Shown here piece after piece: positions 49,914-61,851 of a stretch of DNA of 64,000 bases. Source of the stretch: Squalus acanthias (lineage: Eukaryota); assembly GCA_030390025.1 (NCBI GenBank), contig JASTWF010000033.1, positions 1,862,001 through 1,926,000 of the forward strand. Direction: 5' to 3'. Position 1 is the stretch's first letter; every line of letters starts with the position of its first letter. Both the position numbers and the translations under genes were made by a program. A model generated the notes under the pieces. The model searched no databases. It was not told the origin of the DNA and saw nothing but the letters and a program-made list of their open reading frames with translations.

Positions 49914-51480
49914 AAGGACAGATTGTGAATGGTCAGGAGTCCCACTGTCATTGTATCAGACCGTGGGAAGGTTATCTGGATAATTGTGTGTACTGGGTGA
50001 GGGACAGACTGGGAATGGCCAGGAGTCACACTGTCATTGTATCAGACCGTGGGATGGTTATCTGGAGCACTGTGTGTACTGGGAGAGGGACAGACTGGGA
50101 ATGGCCAGGATTCCCACTGTCATTGTATCAGACCGTGGAATGGTTATCTGGAGCACTGTGTGTACTGGGAGAGGGACAGACTGTGAATGGCCAGGATTCC
50201 CCTGTCAATGTATCAGACCGTGGGATGGTTATCTGGAGGATTGTGTGTACTGGGTGAGAGAGAGACTGTGAATGGTCAGGAGTCCCACTGTCATTGTATC
50301 AGAACGTGGGAAGGTTATCTGGAGCATTGTGTGTACTGGTAGAGGGACAGACTGTGAATGGCCAGGAGTCCCACTGTCATTGTATCAGACCGTGGGAAGG
50401 TTATCTGGAGGATTGTGTGTACTGGGAGAGGGACAGACTGTGAATGGTCACTAGTACCACTGTCACTGTATCAGACCGTGGGATGGTTATCTGGAGGATT
50501 GTGTGCACTGGGAGAGGGACAGACTGTGAATGGCCACTAGTCCCACTGTCATTGTATCAGACCGTGGGATGGTTATCTGGAGGATTGTGTATACTGGGAG
50601 AGGGACAGACTGTGAATGGCCAGGATTCCCCTGTCATTGTATCAGACCGTGGGATGGTTATCTGGAGGATTGTGTGTACTGGGAGAGGGACAGACTGTGA
50701 ATGGCCAGGAGTCCCCTGTCATTGTATCAGACCGTGGGAAGGTTATCTGGAGCATTGTGTGTACTGGGAGAAGGACAGACTGTGAATGGCCACTAGTCCA
50801 ACTGTCATTGTATCAGACCGTGGGATGGTTATCTGGAGCATTGTGTGTACTGGGAGAGGGACAGACTGTGAATGGCCAGGAGTCCCACTATCATTGTATC
50901 AGACCGTGGGATGGTTATCAGGAGGCTTGTGTGTACTGGGAGTGGGACAGACTGTGAATGGTCACTAGTCCCCCTGTCATTGTATCAGACCGTGGGATGG
51001 TTATCTGGAGGATTGTGTGTACTGGGAGAGGGACAGACTGTGAACGGCCAGGAGTCCCACTGTCATTGTATCAGACCGTGGGATGGTTATCTGGAGGATT
51101 GTGTGTACTGGGAGTGGGACAGACTGTGAATGGCCACTAGTCCCCCTGTCATTGTATCAGACCGTGGGATGGTTATCTGGAGGATTGTGTGTACTGGGAG
51201 AGGGACAGACTGTGAACGGCCAGGAGTCCCACTGTCATTGTATCAGACCGTGGGAAGGTTATCTGCAGGATTGTGTGTACTGGGAGAGGGACAGACTGTG
51301 AATGGCCACTAGTCCCACTGTCATTGTATCACACCGTGGGATGGTTATCTGGAGGATTGTGTGTACTGGGAGAGGGACAGACTCGAAATGGTCAGAAGGT
51401 CCACTCTTCCTGTATCAGACCGTGAGCATGTTAGCTGCGGTATTGTGCGAACTGGGTGTGAAACAGACTAAGTTGTCAGA
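49914..51480 (+). repeat. 86-bp minisatellite, ~18 copies, probably intronic to the NLR gene
   Basis: Unit GGGACAGACTGTGAATGGCCAGGAGTCCCACTGTCATTGTATCAGACCGTGGGATGGTTATCTGGAGGATTGTGTGTACTGGGAGA; ORF starts recur at 86-bp offsets. Confidence 0.95.
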
Positions 51481-51489
51481 AGTCCTAAT

Positions 51490-51965
51490 CGGGGGCTTAT
51501 TTGACCCGTAACTGAGTTTCCGACCCGATATCTTGTTCATCACCAAGACTGCCTTCTTCCACCTGCAAAGCATTGCTCATCTCCGCCACTGCCTCAACTC
51601 ATCTGCTGCTGAAACTCTCATCAATGCCTTTTTTACATCCAGACTCGACTATTCCAATGCTCTCCTGGTCAGCCTCCCACGATGTCCCCTCCGTAAACTT
51701 GAGTGAATTCAAAACTCTCCTGCCCATATTCTAATTGCACCAAGTCCCGTTCACCCATCACCCCCTGCGCTCGCTGAGCTACATTTGCTCCTGATCCAAC
51801 AACGCCTTGGTTTTAAATTTCTCATTCTTATTTTTAAATTGTTTCATGGTCTTTTTCCTCCCTATCTCTGTAACCTCCAGCCCTATCATCCTCAGAGATC
51901 TCTGCGCTCCTCCAATTCTGGCCTCTTGTGCATCTCCGATTTTCATCGCTCTACCATTGGCGGAA
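51490..51965 (+). mobile_element. Old L2-clade LINE ORF2 C-terminal fragment
   Basis: Translates to FDP*LSF...KTAFFHL...AETLINAFFTSRLDYSNALL...ITP...FKFLILIFK...PPYL...RSLRSS...TIGG with stops and frameshifts. Confidence 0.85.
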
Positions 51966-52039
51966 ATGTTTGAAATGTTTTAATGGAATTCACAACATTA
52001 GTGCAGGAAACAAGTACCAAAATAATTAATAACGGAGAC

Positions 52040-52262
52040 AATTGAAAATCAGAAGTAAGAATGGAAATCAGGGAACTTTTATCACCCAATGGGTAACAGA
52101 GCGGGGAGACCAGTTACCAGGGAAGGACACTAAAGTGCACTGTAATTGGGGTCTAGAGAAAATTGAGCGTGTTTTTGTGGATACTCTGAGAGGAGGGTTA
52201 GGTGGCTTCATCTCTCAAACAGGGACAGACTGATTTACCCGAATGGTATTTTCCTGTCCCTA
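52040..52262 (+). mobile_element. Very degenerate CR1-like 3' end
   Basis: gaacttttatcacccaatgggt resembles aacttcttcacccagagagtggt (FFTQRV); ends in ccgaatggtattttcctgtcc, like the CR1 3' stem-loop. Confidence 0.45.
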
Positions 52263-52931
52263 ATCAATCTCCGGTTACATTGAATATCTGAAATTGCCAA
52301 CAATTTTTCAGCTGTTTTACACATACAATCACTGAATATGTTTTTATAACAGATCTGTTATATCACAGATTAGAATTAGAAATAGAATTGGCGCCTAATT
52401 CAGTCAGTGCAACGTTAGAGCAGAAAACATTCACCGTCGATTTGAACTGGTCGACAAATAATTACACTCCGTTTTTTTCATTTTGGTATAAGTTTCTTAT
52501 ACTGAAGATTTGGGAAATTACAAATGTGTTTCCGTTCGTCATTACATTGGGTTAAAAAAGCTCCTTAATTTAAGGACTATTCTTAGAGAAGATTTCACTA
52601 ACATTATGAAGATAACCAATAATTTCCTAGTCACCCTGAACATTGTACATTTCTCACATTTCTACACGGATTAATGTTCCATTGTGTGAACATCAGTACA
52701 TCATCTCAGATCGGAAATACCACTTTCCCACATCTTATTTTGTGCTGAGAAGCGGTAACATTTTGCTGTTACGCATGTCTCCATCTCTTTCCCAACACTT
52801 TATGGTGGGACAGAATTCTCTGGGAGCAGGAAACCCTGACTATCCAGCTCATGGCAATTTATGATCCCAGAGATTCTGCGTGGCACATAGAAAGTTTGTA
52901 TTAAGATTGACTGTATATTGGAATAGTAGCT

Positions 52932-53787
52932 GATGAGTATGGGGTTTCACAGTGTATCATGATCCTGCCAGGTGTGTATTTGGTTTCAGTGTATCAGGAT
53001 CCTGCCAGGTGTGTATGGGGTTTCACAATGTATCAGGATCCTGCCAGGTGTGTATAGGGTTTCACATTGTATCAGAATTCTGCCAGGTGTCTATGGGGTT
53101 TCACAGTGAATCACGAACCTGCCAGGTGTGTATGCGGTTTCACAGTGTATCAGGATCCTGTCAGTTGTGTATGGGGTTTCACAGTGTATCAGGATCCTGC
53201 CAGGTGTGTATGGGGTTTCACAGTGTTTCAGGATCCTGCCAGGTGTGTATGGGGTCTCAGTGTTGCAGATCTTGCCAGGTGTGTATGTGGTTTCACAGTG
53301 TATCAGGATCCTGCCAGGTGTGTATGGGGTTTCACAGTGTATCAGGATCCTGCCAGGTGTGTATGGGGTTTCACAGTGTATCAGGATCCTGCCAGGTGTG
53401 TATGGGGTCTCAGTGTTGCAGATCTTGCCAGGTGTGTATGTGGTTTCACAGTGTATCAGGATCCTGCCAGGTGTGTATGGGGTTTCACAGTGTATCAGGA
53501 TCCTGCCAGGTGTGTATGGGGTTTCACAGTGTATCAGGATCCTGCCAAGTGTGTATGGGGTTTCACAGTATATCAGGATCCTGCCAGGTGTGTATGGGGT
53601 TTCACAGTGTATCAGGATCCTGCCAGGTGTGTAAGGGGTTTCAAAGTGTATCAGGATCCTGCCAGGTGTGTATGGGGTTTCACAGTGTATCAGGATCCTG
53701 CCAGGTGTCCATGGGGTTTCACAGTGTATCAGGGTCCTGCCTGGTGTGTATGGGATTTCACAGTGTATCAGGATCCTGCTAGGTGAG
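52932..53787 (-). repeat. 39-bp minisatellite, block 6, opposite orientation
   Basis: Same unit; joins the 22-bp array directly. Confidence 0.96.
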
Positions 53788-55236
53788 TGTGGGCTTTCTG
53801 AGTCTGTGTATAGAGCTGTCTGGGTCTGTGAAATTAGCTTTCTGGGTCTGTGAATGGCACTGTCTGGGTCTGTGAATGCAGCTTTCTGGGTCTGTGAATG
53901 GAGCTATCTGGGTCTGTGAATGGAGCTGTCTGGGTCTGTGAATGAGCAGTCTTTGTCTGTGAATGCAGCTCTCTGTGTCTGTGAATGGAGCTGTCTGGGT
54001 CTGTGAATGAGCTGTCTTGGTCTGTGAATGGAGCTGTCTTAGTCTGTGAATGGAGTTCTCTGGGTCTGTGAATGGAGCTGTCTGGGGCTGTGAATGGAGC
54101 TGTCTGAGTCTCTAATTGGAGCTGTCTGGGTCTGTGAATGGAGCTGTCTGAGTCTCTAAATGGAGCTGTCTGGGTCTGTGAAATGAGCTTTCTGTATCTT
54201 TGAATGGTGCTGTCTGGGTTTGTGAAAGGATTTGTTTGGGTATGTGAATGGAGCTGTCTGGGTCTGTGAATGGAGCTGTCTGAATCTGTGAATGGAGCTA
54301 TCTGGGTCTATGAATGGAGCTGTCTGAGTCTGTGAATGGAGCTGGCTGGGTCTGTGAATTGTGATGTCAGGGTCTGTGAATTGAGCTGACTGAGTCTGTG
54401 CAATGAGTTGTCTGGGTCTGTGAATGGAGCTGCATGGGTCTGTGAATTGAGCTGTCAGAGTCAGTAAATGGAGCTCTCTGGGTCTGTAAATGGAGCTGTT
54501 TGGGTCTGTAAATGGAGCGGTTTGAGTCTGTGATGGAGCTGTCTGTGTCTGTGAATGGAGCTGCCAGAGTCTGTAAATGGAGCTGTCTCAGTCTGTGTAT
54601 GGAGTTATCTGGGTCTGTGAATGGAGCTGTCTGGGTCTGTGAAGAGAGCTGTCTGAGTCTGGGAATGTAGCTATCTGTGTCTGTGAATGAGCTGTCTGGG
54701 TCAGTGAATGGAGCTGTCTGAGTCTGTGAATGTAGCTGCCAGAGTCTGTAAATGGAGCTGACTCGGTCTGTGAATGGAGCTTTCAGGGTCTGTGAATGGA
54801 GCTGTCTGGGTCTGTGAATGGAGCTGTCTGGGTTTGTGAATGGAGCTGTCTGAGTCTGTGAATGGTGCTGTTTGGGTCTGTGAATGGAGCTATCTGTGTC
54901 TGTGAATGAGCTGTCTGGATCTGTGAATGGAGCTGTCTGAATCTGAGAATGGTGCTGTTTGGGTCTGTGAATGAAGCTATCTGTGTCGGTGAATGAGCTG
55001 TCTGGGTCTGTGAATGGAGATGTCTAGGTCTGTGAATGGAGCTGTCTGGGTCTGTGAATGGAGCTGTCTGAGTCTGTGAATGGAGCTGTCTGGATCTGTG
55101 AAATGAACTTTCGGAGTCTGTGAATGGAGCTGTCTGGGTCTGTGAATGGAACTGTCTGCGTCTGTGAATGGTGCTATCTAGTTCTCTGAAATTAACTTTC
55201 TGAGTCTGTGAATGGAGCTGTCTGAATCTGTGAATG

Positions 55237-55332
55237 AATCTAACAACAGAAAACGCTGGAAAACTCTGCAGGCCAGGCACAATCCGTGGAGAGAGCAACA
55301 GAGTTAACGTTTCAGGTCGAAGAACTCTCGTC
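55237..55332 (-). mobile_element. 96-bp hammerhead-core cassette (probably a Penelope-type terminal fragment), copy 1, variant a
   Basis: Minus strand (U)UGACGA-G-AGUUC-UUC-GACCU-GAAACGUU-AACUCUG...; flanked by AATG on both sides. Confidence 0.75.
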
Positions 55333-56349
55333 AATGGAGCTGTCTGGGTGTGTGAATGGTGCTGTCTGAGTCTTTGAATGGAGTTGTCTGAGTCGGTGAA
55401 TCGAGCTGTCTGGGTCTGTGAATGGAGCTGTCTGATTCTGTGAATGGAGCTGTCTGGGTCTGTGAATGGAGCTTTCAGGGTCTGTGAATGGAGCTGTCTG
55501 GGTCTGTGAATGGAGCTGTCTGGGTTTGTGAATGGAGCTGTCTGAGTCTGTGAATGGTGCTGTTTGGGCCTGTGAATGGAGCTATCTGTGTCTGTGAATG
55601 AGCTGTCTGGATCTGTGAATGGAGCTGTCTGAATCTGAGAATGGTGCTGTTTGGGTCTGTGAATGAAGCTATCTGTGTCGGTGAATGAGCTGTCTGGGTC
55701 TGTGAATGGAGATGTCTAGGTCTGTGAATGGAGCTGTCTGGGTCTGTGAATGGAGCTGTCTGAGTCTGTAAATGGAGCTGTCTGGATCTGTGAATGGAAC
55801 TGTCTGTGTCTGTGAATAAGCTGCCTGGGTCTGTGAAATGTGCTGTCTGGGTCTGAAAATGGAGATGTCTGGGTCTGTGAATAGAGCTGTCTGACGTTGT
55901 TAATGGAGCTGTCTGGGTCTGTGACCTGAGCTTTCAGAGTCTTTGAAGTCAACCGTCTGGATCTTTGAATGGAGCTGTCTGAGTGTCTGAAATGAGCTTT
56001 CTGAGTCTCTGAATGGAGATGTCTGGGTCTGTCAAATGAATTGTCTGAATCTGTTCGTGAAATGAGCTGTCTGTTTTTTTCAAATCAGCTTTCCATGTCT
56101 GTAAATGGAGCTGTCTGGGTTTGTGAATTGAGTTGTCTGGGTCTGTGAATGGAGCTGTCAGAGCATGTGAATGGATCTGTCTGGGTCTGTGAATGGAGCT
56201 GTCTGGATCTGTGAAATGAACTTTCGGAGTCTGTGAATGGAGCTGTCTGGGTCTGTGAATGGAACTGTCTGCGTCTGTGAATGGTGCTATCTAGTTCTCT
56301 GAAATTAACTTTCTGAGTCTGTGAATGGAGCTGTCTGAATCTGTGAATG

Positions 56350-56445
56350 AATCTAACAACAGAAAACGCTGGAAAACTCTGCAGGCCAGGCACAATCCGT
56401 GGAGAGAGAAACAGAGTTAACGTTTCAGGTCGAAGACCTATCGTC
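56350..56445 (-). mobile_element. Hammerhead-core cassette copy 2, variant b (perfect stem II)
   Basis: (U)UGACGA-U-AGGUC-UUC-GACCU-GAAACGUU-AACUCUG. Confidence 0.75.
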
Positions 56446-57828
56446 AATGGAGCTGTCTGGGTCTGTGAAATGAGCTGTCTTGGACGATGAAATGAGTTGT
56501 CTGTGTCTTTGAATGGAGCTGTCGGAGTCTGTAAATGGAGCTGTCTGGGTCTCTGATTGGAGCTGTCTGTGTCTGTGAATTGAGCTGTCAGAGTCTGTAA
56601 ATGGAGCTGTCTGGGTCTGTAAATGGAGCTGTCTGGGTCTGTGAATGAGCAGTCTTGGTCTGTGAATGGAGCTGTCTGTGTCTGTGAATGGAGCTGTCTG
56701 GGTCTGTGAATGAGCTGTCTTGGTCTGTGAATGGAGCTGTCTTAGTCTGTGAATGGAGTTGTCTGGGTCTGTGAATGGAGCTGTCTGGGGCTGTGAATGG
56801 AGCTGTCTGGGTCTGTGAATGGAGCTGTCTGGGTCTGTGAATGGAGCTGTCTGAGTCTCTAAATGGAGCTGTCTGGGTCTATGAAATGAGCTTTCTGGAT
56901 CTTTGAATGGAGCTGCCTGGGTTTGTGAATGGATTTGTCTGGGTATGTGAATGGAGCTGTCTGGGTCTGTGAATGGAGCTGTCTGAATCTGTGAATGGAG
57001 TTGTCTGGGTCTGTGAATCGAGCTGTCTGGGTCTGTGAATGGAGCTGTCTGGGTCTGTGAATGGAGCTGTCTGGTCTGTGAATGGAGCTGTCTGGTCTGT
57101 GAATGAGCTGTCTGGGTCTGTGAATGGAGCTGTCTGGGTCTGTGAATGGAGCTGTCAGAGTCTGTGAATGGAGCTGTCTGGGTCTGTGAATGGAGCTGTC
57201 TGGGTCTGTGAATGGAGCTGTCTGAGTCTGTGAATGGAGCTGTCTGTGTCTGTGAATGGAGCTGTCTGGTCTGTGAATGGAGCTGTCTGAGTCTGTGAAT
57301 GGAGCTGTCTGGGTCTGTGAATGGAGCTGTCTGGGTCTGTGAATAGAGCTGTCTGAGTCTGTGAATGGAGCTGTCTGTGTCTGTGAATGAGCTGTCTGGG
57401 TCAGTGAATGGAGCTGTCTGATTCTGTGAATGGAGCTGCCAGAGTCTGTAAATGGAGCTGACTCGGTCTGTGAATGGAGCTGTCTGGGTCTGTGAAAGAA
57501 GATGTCTGAGTCTGTGAATGGAGCTGTCTATGTCTGTGAATGGAGCTGCGAGTGCCTGTAAATACAGCTGTCTGGGTCTGTAAATGGAGCTGTCTGTGTT
57601 TGTGAATGGAGTTGTCTGGGTCTGTGAATGGAGCTGTATGAGTCTGTGAATGGATCTGTCTGTGTCTGTGAATGGAGCTGTCTGGATCTGTGAAATGAAC
57701 TTTCGGAGTCTGTGAATGGAGCTGTCTGGGTCTGTGAATGGAACTGTCTGCGTCTGTGAATGGTGCTATCTAGTTCTCTGAAATTAACTTTCTGAGTCTG
57801 TGAATGGAGCTGTCTGAATCTGTGAATG

Positions 57829-57924
57829 AATCTAACAACAGAAAACGCTGGAAAACTCTGCAGGCCAGGCACAATCCGTGGAGAGAGAAACAGAGTTAAC
57901 GTTTCAGATCGAAGAACTCTCGTC
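57829..57924 (-). mobile_element. Hammerhead-core cassette copy 3, variant a
   Basis: Same cassette with one extra substitution in stem II. Confidence 0.75.
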
Positions 57925-58875
57925 AATGGAGCTGTCTGGGTATGTGAATGGAGCTGTCTGAGTCTGTGAATGGAGTTGTCTGAGTCGGTGAATCGAGCTG
58001 TCTGGGTCTGTGAATGGAGCTGTCTGAGTCTGTGAATGGAGCTGTCTGGGTCTGTGAATGGAGCTTTCAGGGTCTGTGAATGGAGCTGTCTGGGCCTGTG
58101 AATGGAGCTGTCTTGGTCTGTGAATGGAGCTGTCTGAGTCTGTGAATGGTGCTGTTTGGGTCTGTGAATGGAGCTATCTGTTTCTGTGAATGAGCTGTCT
58201 GGATCTGTGAATGGAGCTGTCTGAGTCGGTGAATGAGCTGTCTGGGTCTGTGAATGGAGATGTCTAGGTCTGTGAATGGAGCTGTCTGGGTCTGTGAATG
58301 GAGCTGTCTGAGTCTGTAAATGGAGCTGTATGGATCTGTGAATGGAACTGTCTGTGTCTGTGAATAAGCTGCCTGGGTCTGTGAAATTTGCTGTCTGGGT
58401 CTGAAAATGGAGATGTCTGGGTCTGTGAATAGAGCTGTCTGACGTTGTTAATGGAGCTTTCTGGGTCTTTGAAGTCAGCCGTCTGGATCTTTGAATGGAG
58501 CTGTCTGAGTGTCTGAAATGAGCTTTCTGAGTCTCTGAATGGAGATGTCTGGGTCTGTCAAATGAATTGTCTGAATCTGTTCGTGAAATGAGCTGTCTGT
58601 TTTTTTCAAATCAGCTTTCCATGTCTGTAAATGGAGCTGTCTGGGTTTGTGAATTGAGTTGTCTGGGTCTGTGAATGGAGCTGTCTGAGCATGTGAATGG
58701 ATCTGTCTGGGTCTGTGAATGGAGCTGTCTGGATCTGTGAAATGAACTTTCGGAGTCTGTGAATGGAGCTGTCTGAGTCTGTGAATGGATCTGTCTGGGT
58801 CTGTGAATGGTTTTATCTAGGTCTCTGAAATTAACTTTCTGAGTCTGTGAATGGAGCTGTCTGAATCTGTGAATG

Positions 58876-58971
58876 AATCTAACAACAGAAAACGCTGGAA
58901 AACTCTGCAGGCCAGGCACAATCCGTGGAGAGAGAAACAGAGTTAACGTTTCAGGTCGAAGACCTATCGTC
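58876..58971 (-). mobile_element. Hammerhead-core cassette copy 4, variant b
   Basis: Same as copy 2. Confidence 0.75.
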
Positions 58972-60226
58972 AATGGAGCTGTCTTGGTCTGTGAAATGAG
59001 CTGTCTTGGACGATGAAATGAGTTGTCTGTGTCTTTGAATGGAGCTGTCGGAGTCTGTAAATGGAGCTGTCTGGGTCTCAGATTGGAGCTGTCTGTGTCT
59101 GTGAATTGAGCTGTCAGAGTCTGTAAATGGAGCTGTCTGGGTCTGTAAATGGAGCTGTCTGGGTCTGTGAATGAGCAGTCTTTGTCTGTGAATGCAGCTC
59201 TCTGTGTCTGTGAATGGAGCTGTCTGGGTCTGTGAATGAGCTGTCTTGGTCTGTGAATGGAGCTGTCTTAGTCTGTGAATGGAGTTCTCTGGGTCTGTGA
59301 ATGGAGCTGTCTGGGGCTGTGAATGGAGCTGTCTGAGTCTCTAATTGGAGCTGTCTGGGTCTGTGAATGGAGCTGTCTGAGTCTCTAAATGGAGCTGTCT
59401 GGGTCTGTGAAATGAGCTTTCTGTATCTTTGAATGGTGCTGTCTGGGTTTGTGAAAGGATTTGTTTGGGTATGTGAATGGAGCTGTCTGGGTCTGTGAAT
59501 GGAGCTGTCTGAATCTGTGAATGGAGCTATCTGGGTCTGTGAATGGAGCTGTCTGAGTCTGTGAATGGAGCTGGCTGGGTCTGTGAATTGTGATGTCAGT
59601 GTCTGTGAATTGAGCTGACTGAGTCTGTGCAATGAGTTGTCTGGGTCTGTGAATGGAGCTGCATGGGTCTGTGAATTGAGCTGTCAGAGTCAGAAAATGG
59701 AGCTCTCTGGGTCTGTGAATGGAGCTGTCTGGGTCTGTGAATAGAGCTGTCTGAGTCTGGGAATGTAGCTATCTGTGTCTGTGAATGAGCTGTCTGGGTC
59801 AGTGAATGGAGCTGTCTGAGTCTGTGAATGGAGCTGCCAGAGTCTGTAAATGGAGCTGACTCGGTCTGTGAATGGAGCTGTCTGGGTCTGTGAAAGAAGC
59901 TGTCTGAGTCTGTGAATGGAGCTGTCTATGTCTGTGAATGGAGCTGCGAGTGCCTGTAAATACAGCTGTCTGGGTCTGTAAATGGAGCTGTCTGTGTTTG
60001 TGAATGGAGTTGTCTGGGTCTGTGAATGGAGCTGTCTGAGTCTGTGAATGGATCTGTCTGTGTCTGTGAATGGAGCTGTCTGGATCTGTGAAATGAACTT
60101 TCGGAGTCTGTGAATGGAGCTGTCTGGGTCTGTGAATGGAACTGTCTGCGTCTGTGAATGGTGCTATCTAGTTCTCTGAAATTAACTTTCTGAGTCTGTG
60201 AATGGAGCTGTCTGAATCTGTGAATG

Positions 60227-60322
60227 AATCTAACAACAGAAAACGCTGGAAAACTCTGCAGGCCAAGCACAATCCGTGGAGAGAGAAACAGAGTTAACGT
60301 TTCAGGTCGAAGAACTCTCGTC
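60227..60322 (-). mobile_element. Hammerhead-core cassette copy 5, variant a
   Basis: Same core as copy 1. Confidence 0.75.
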
Positions 60323-61755
60323 AATGGAGCTGTCTGGGTATGTGAATGGAGCTGTCTGAGTCTGTGAATGGAGTTGTCTGAGTCGGTGAATCGAGCTGTC
60401 TGGGTCTGTGAATGGAGCTGTCTGAGTCTGTGAATGGAGCTGTCTGGGTCTGTGAATGGAGCTTTCAGGGTCTGTGAATGGAGCTGTCTGGGTCTGTGAA
60501 TGGAGCTGTCTGGGTCTGTGAATGGAGCTGTCTGAGTCTGTGAATGGTGCTGTTTGGGTCTGTGAATGGAGCTATCTGTGTCTGTGAATGAGCTGTCTGG
60601 ATCTGTGAATGGAGCTGTCTGAGTCTGAGAATGGTGCTGTTTGGGTCTGTGAATGGAACTGTCTGTGTCTGTGAATGAGCTGTCTGGGTCTGTGAAATGT
60701 GCTGTCTGGGTCTGAAAATGGAGTTGTCTGGGTCTGTGAATGGAGCTGTCTGGGTCTGTGAATGGAGCTGTCTGAGTCTGTGAATGGAGTTGTCTGGGTC
60801 GGTGAATCGAGCTGTCTGGGTCTGTGAATGGAGCTGTCTGAGTCTGTGAATGGAGCTGTCTGGGTCTGTGAATGGAGCTGTCTGGGTCTGTGAATGGAGC
60901 TGTCTGGGTCTGTGAATGGTGCTGTCTGGGTCTGTGAATGGAGCTGTCTGAGTCTGTGAATGGTGCTGTTTGGGTCTGTGAATGGATCTATCTGTGTCTG
61001 TGAATGAGCTGTCTGGATCTGTGAATGGAGCTGTCTGAATCTGAGAATGGTGCTGTTTGGGTCTGTGAATGAAGCTATCTGTGTCGGTGAATGAGCTGTC
61101 TGGGTCTGTGAATGGAGCTGTCTAGGTCTGTGAATGGAGCTGTCTGGGTCTGTGAATGGAGCTGTCTGAGTCTGTAAATGGAGCTGTCTGGATCTGTGAA
61201 TGGAACTGTCTGTGTCTGTGAATAAGCTGTCTGGGTCTGTGAAATGTGCTGTCTGGGTCTGAAAATGGAGATGTCTGGGTCTGTGAATAGAGCTGTCTGA
61301 CGTTGTTAATGGAGCTGTCTGGGTCTGTGACCTGAGCTTTCAGAGTCTTTGAAGTCAGCCGTCTGGATCTTTGAATGGAGCTGTCTGAGTGTCTGAAATG
61401 AGCTTTCTGAGTCTCTGAATGGAGATGTCTGGGTCTGTCAAATGAATTGTCTGAATCTGTTCGTGAAATGAGCTGTCTGTTTTTTTCAAATCAGCTTTCC
61501 ATGTCTGTAAATGGAGCTGTCTGGGTTTGTGAATTGAGTTGTCTGTGTCTGTGAATGGAGCTGTCTGAGTCTGTGAATAGATCTGTCTGGGTCTGTGAAT
61601 GGAGCTGTCTGGATCTGTGAAATGAACTTTCGGAGTCTGTGAATGGAGCTGTCTGAGTCTGCGAATGGATCTGTCTGGGTATGTGAATGGTTTTATCTAG
61701 GTGTCTGAAATGAACTTTCTGAGTCTGTGAATGGAGCTGTCTGAATCTGTGAATG

Positions 61756-61851
61756 AATCTAACAACAGAAAACGCTGGAAAACTCTGCAGGCCAGGCACA
61801 ATCCGTGGAGAGAGAAACAGAGTTAACGTTTCAGGTCGAAGACCTATCGTC
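61756..61851 (-). mobile_element. Hammerhead-core cassette copy 6, variant b
   Basis: Same as copy 2. Confidence 0.75.

Noticed and set aside
49914..51480. Common origin of the 86-bp, 22-bp and 39-bp units (shared ctgtgaatgg and tgtatcag words)
   Set aside because: Matches are only 8-10 nt with no collinear alignment visible; not supportable by eye.
51966..52931. Short ORFs 52042-52233 and 52643-52864, and possible upstream NLR exons
   Set aside because: No recognisable domain or convincing exon boundaries; the first overlaps a decayed CR1-like fragment.
6985..53787. V(D)J RSS heptamer CACAGTG present in most 39-bp and 74-bp units
   Set aside because: No ACAAAAACC-like nonamer at 12- or 23-bp spacing and no V/D/J segments; at most cryptic heptamers.
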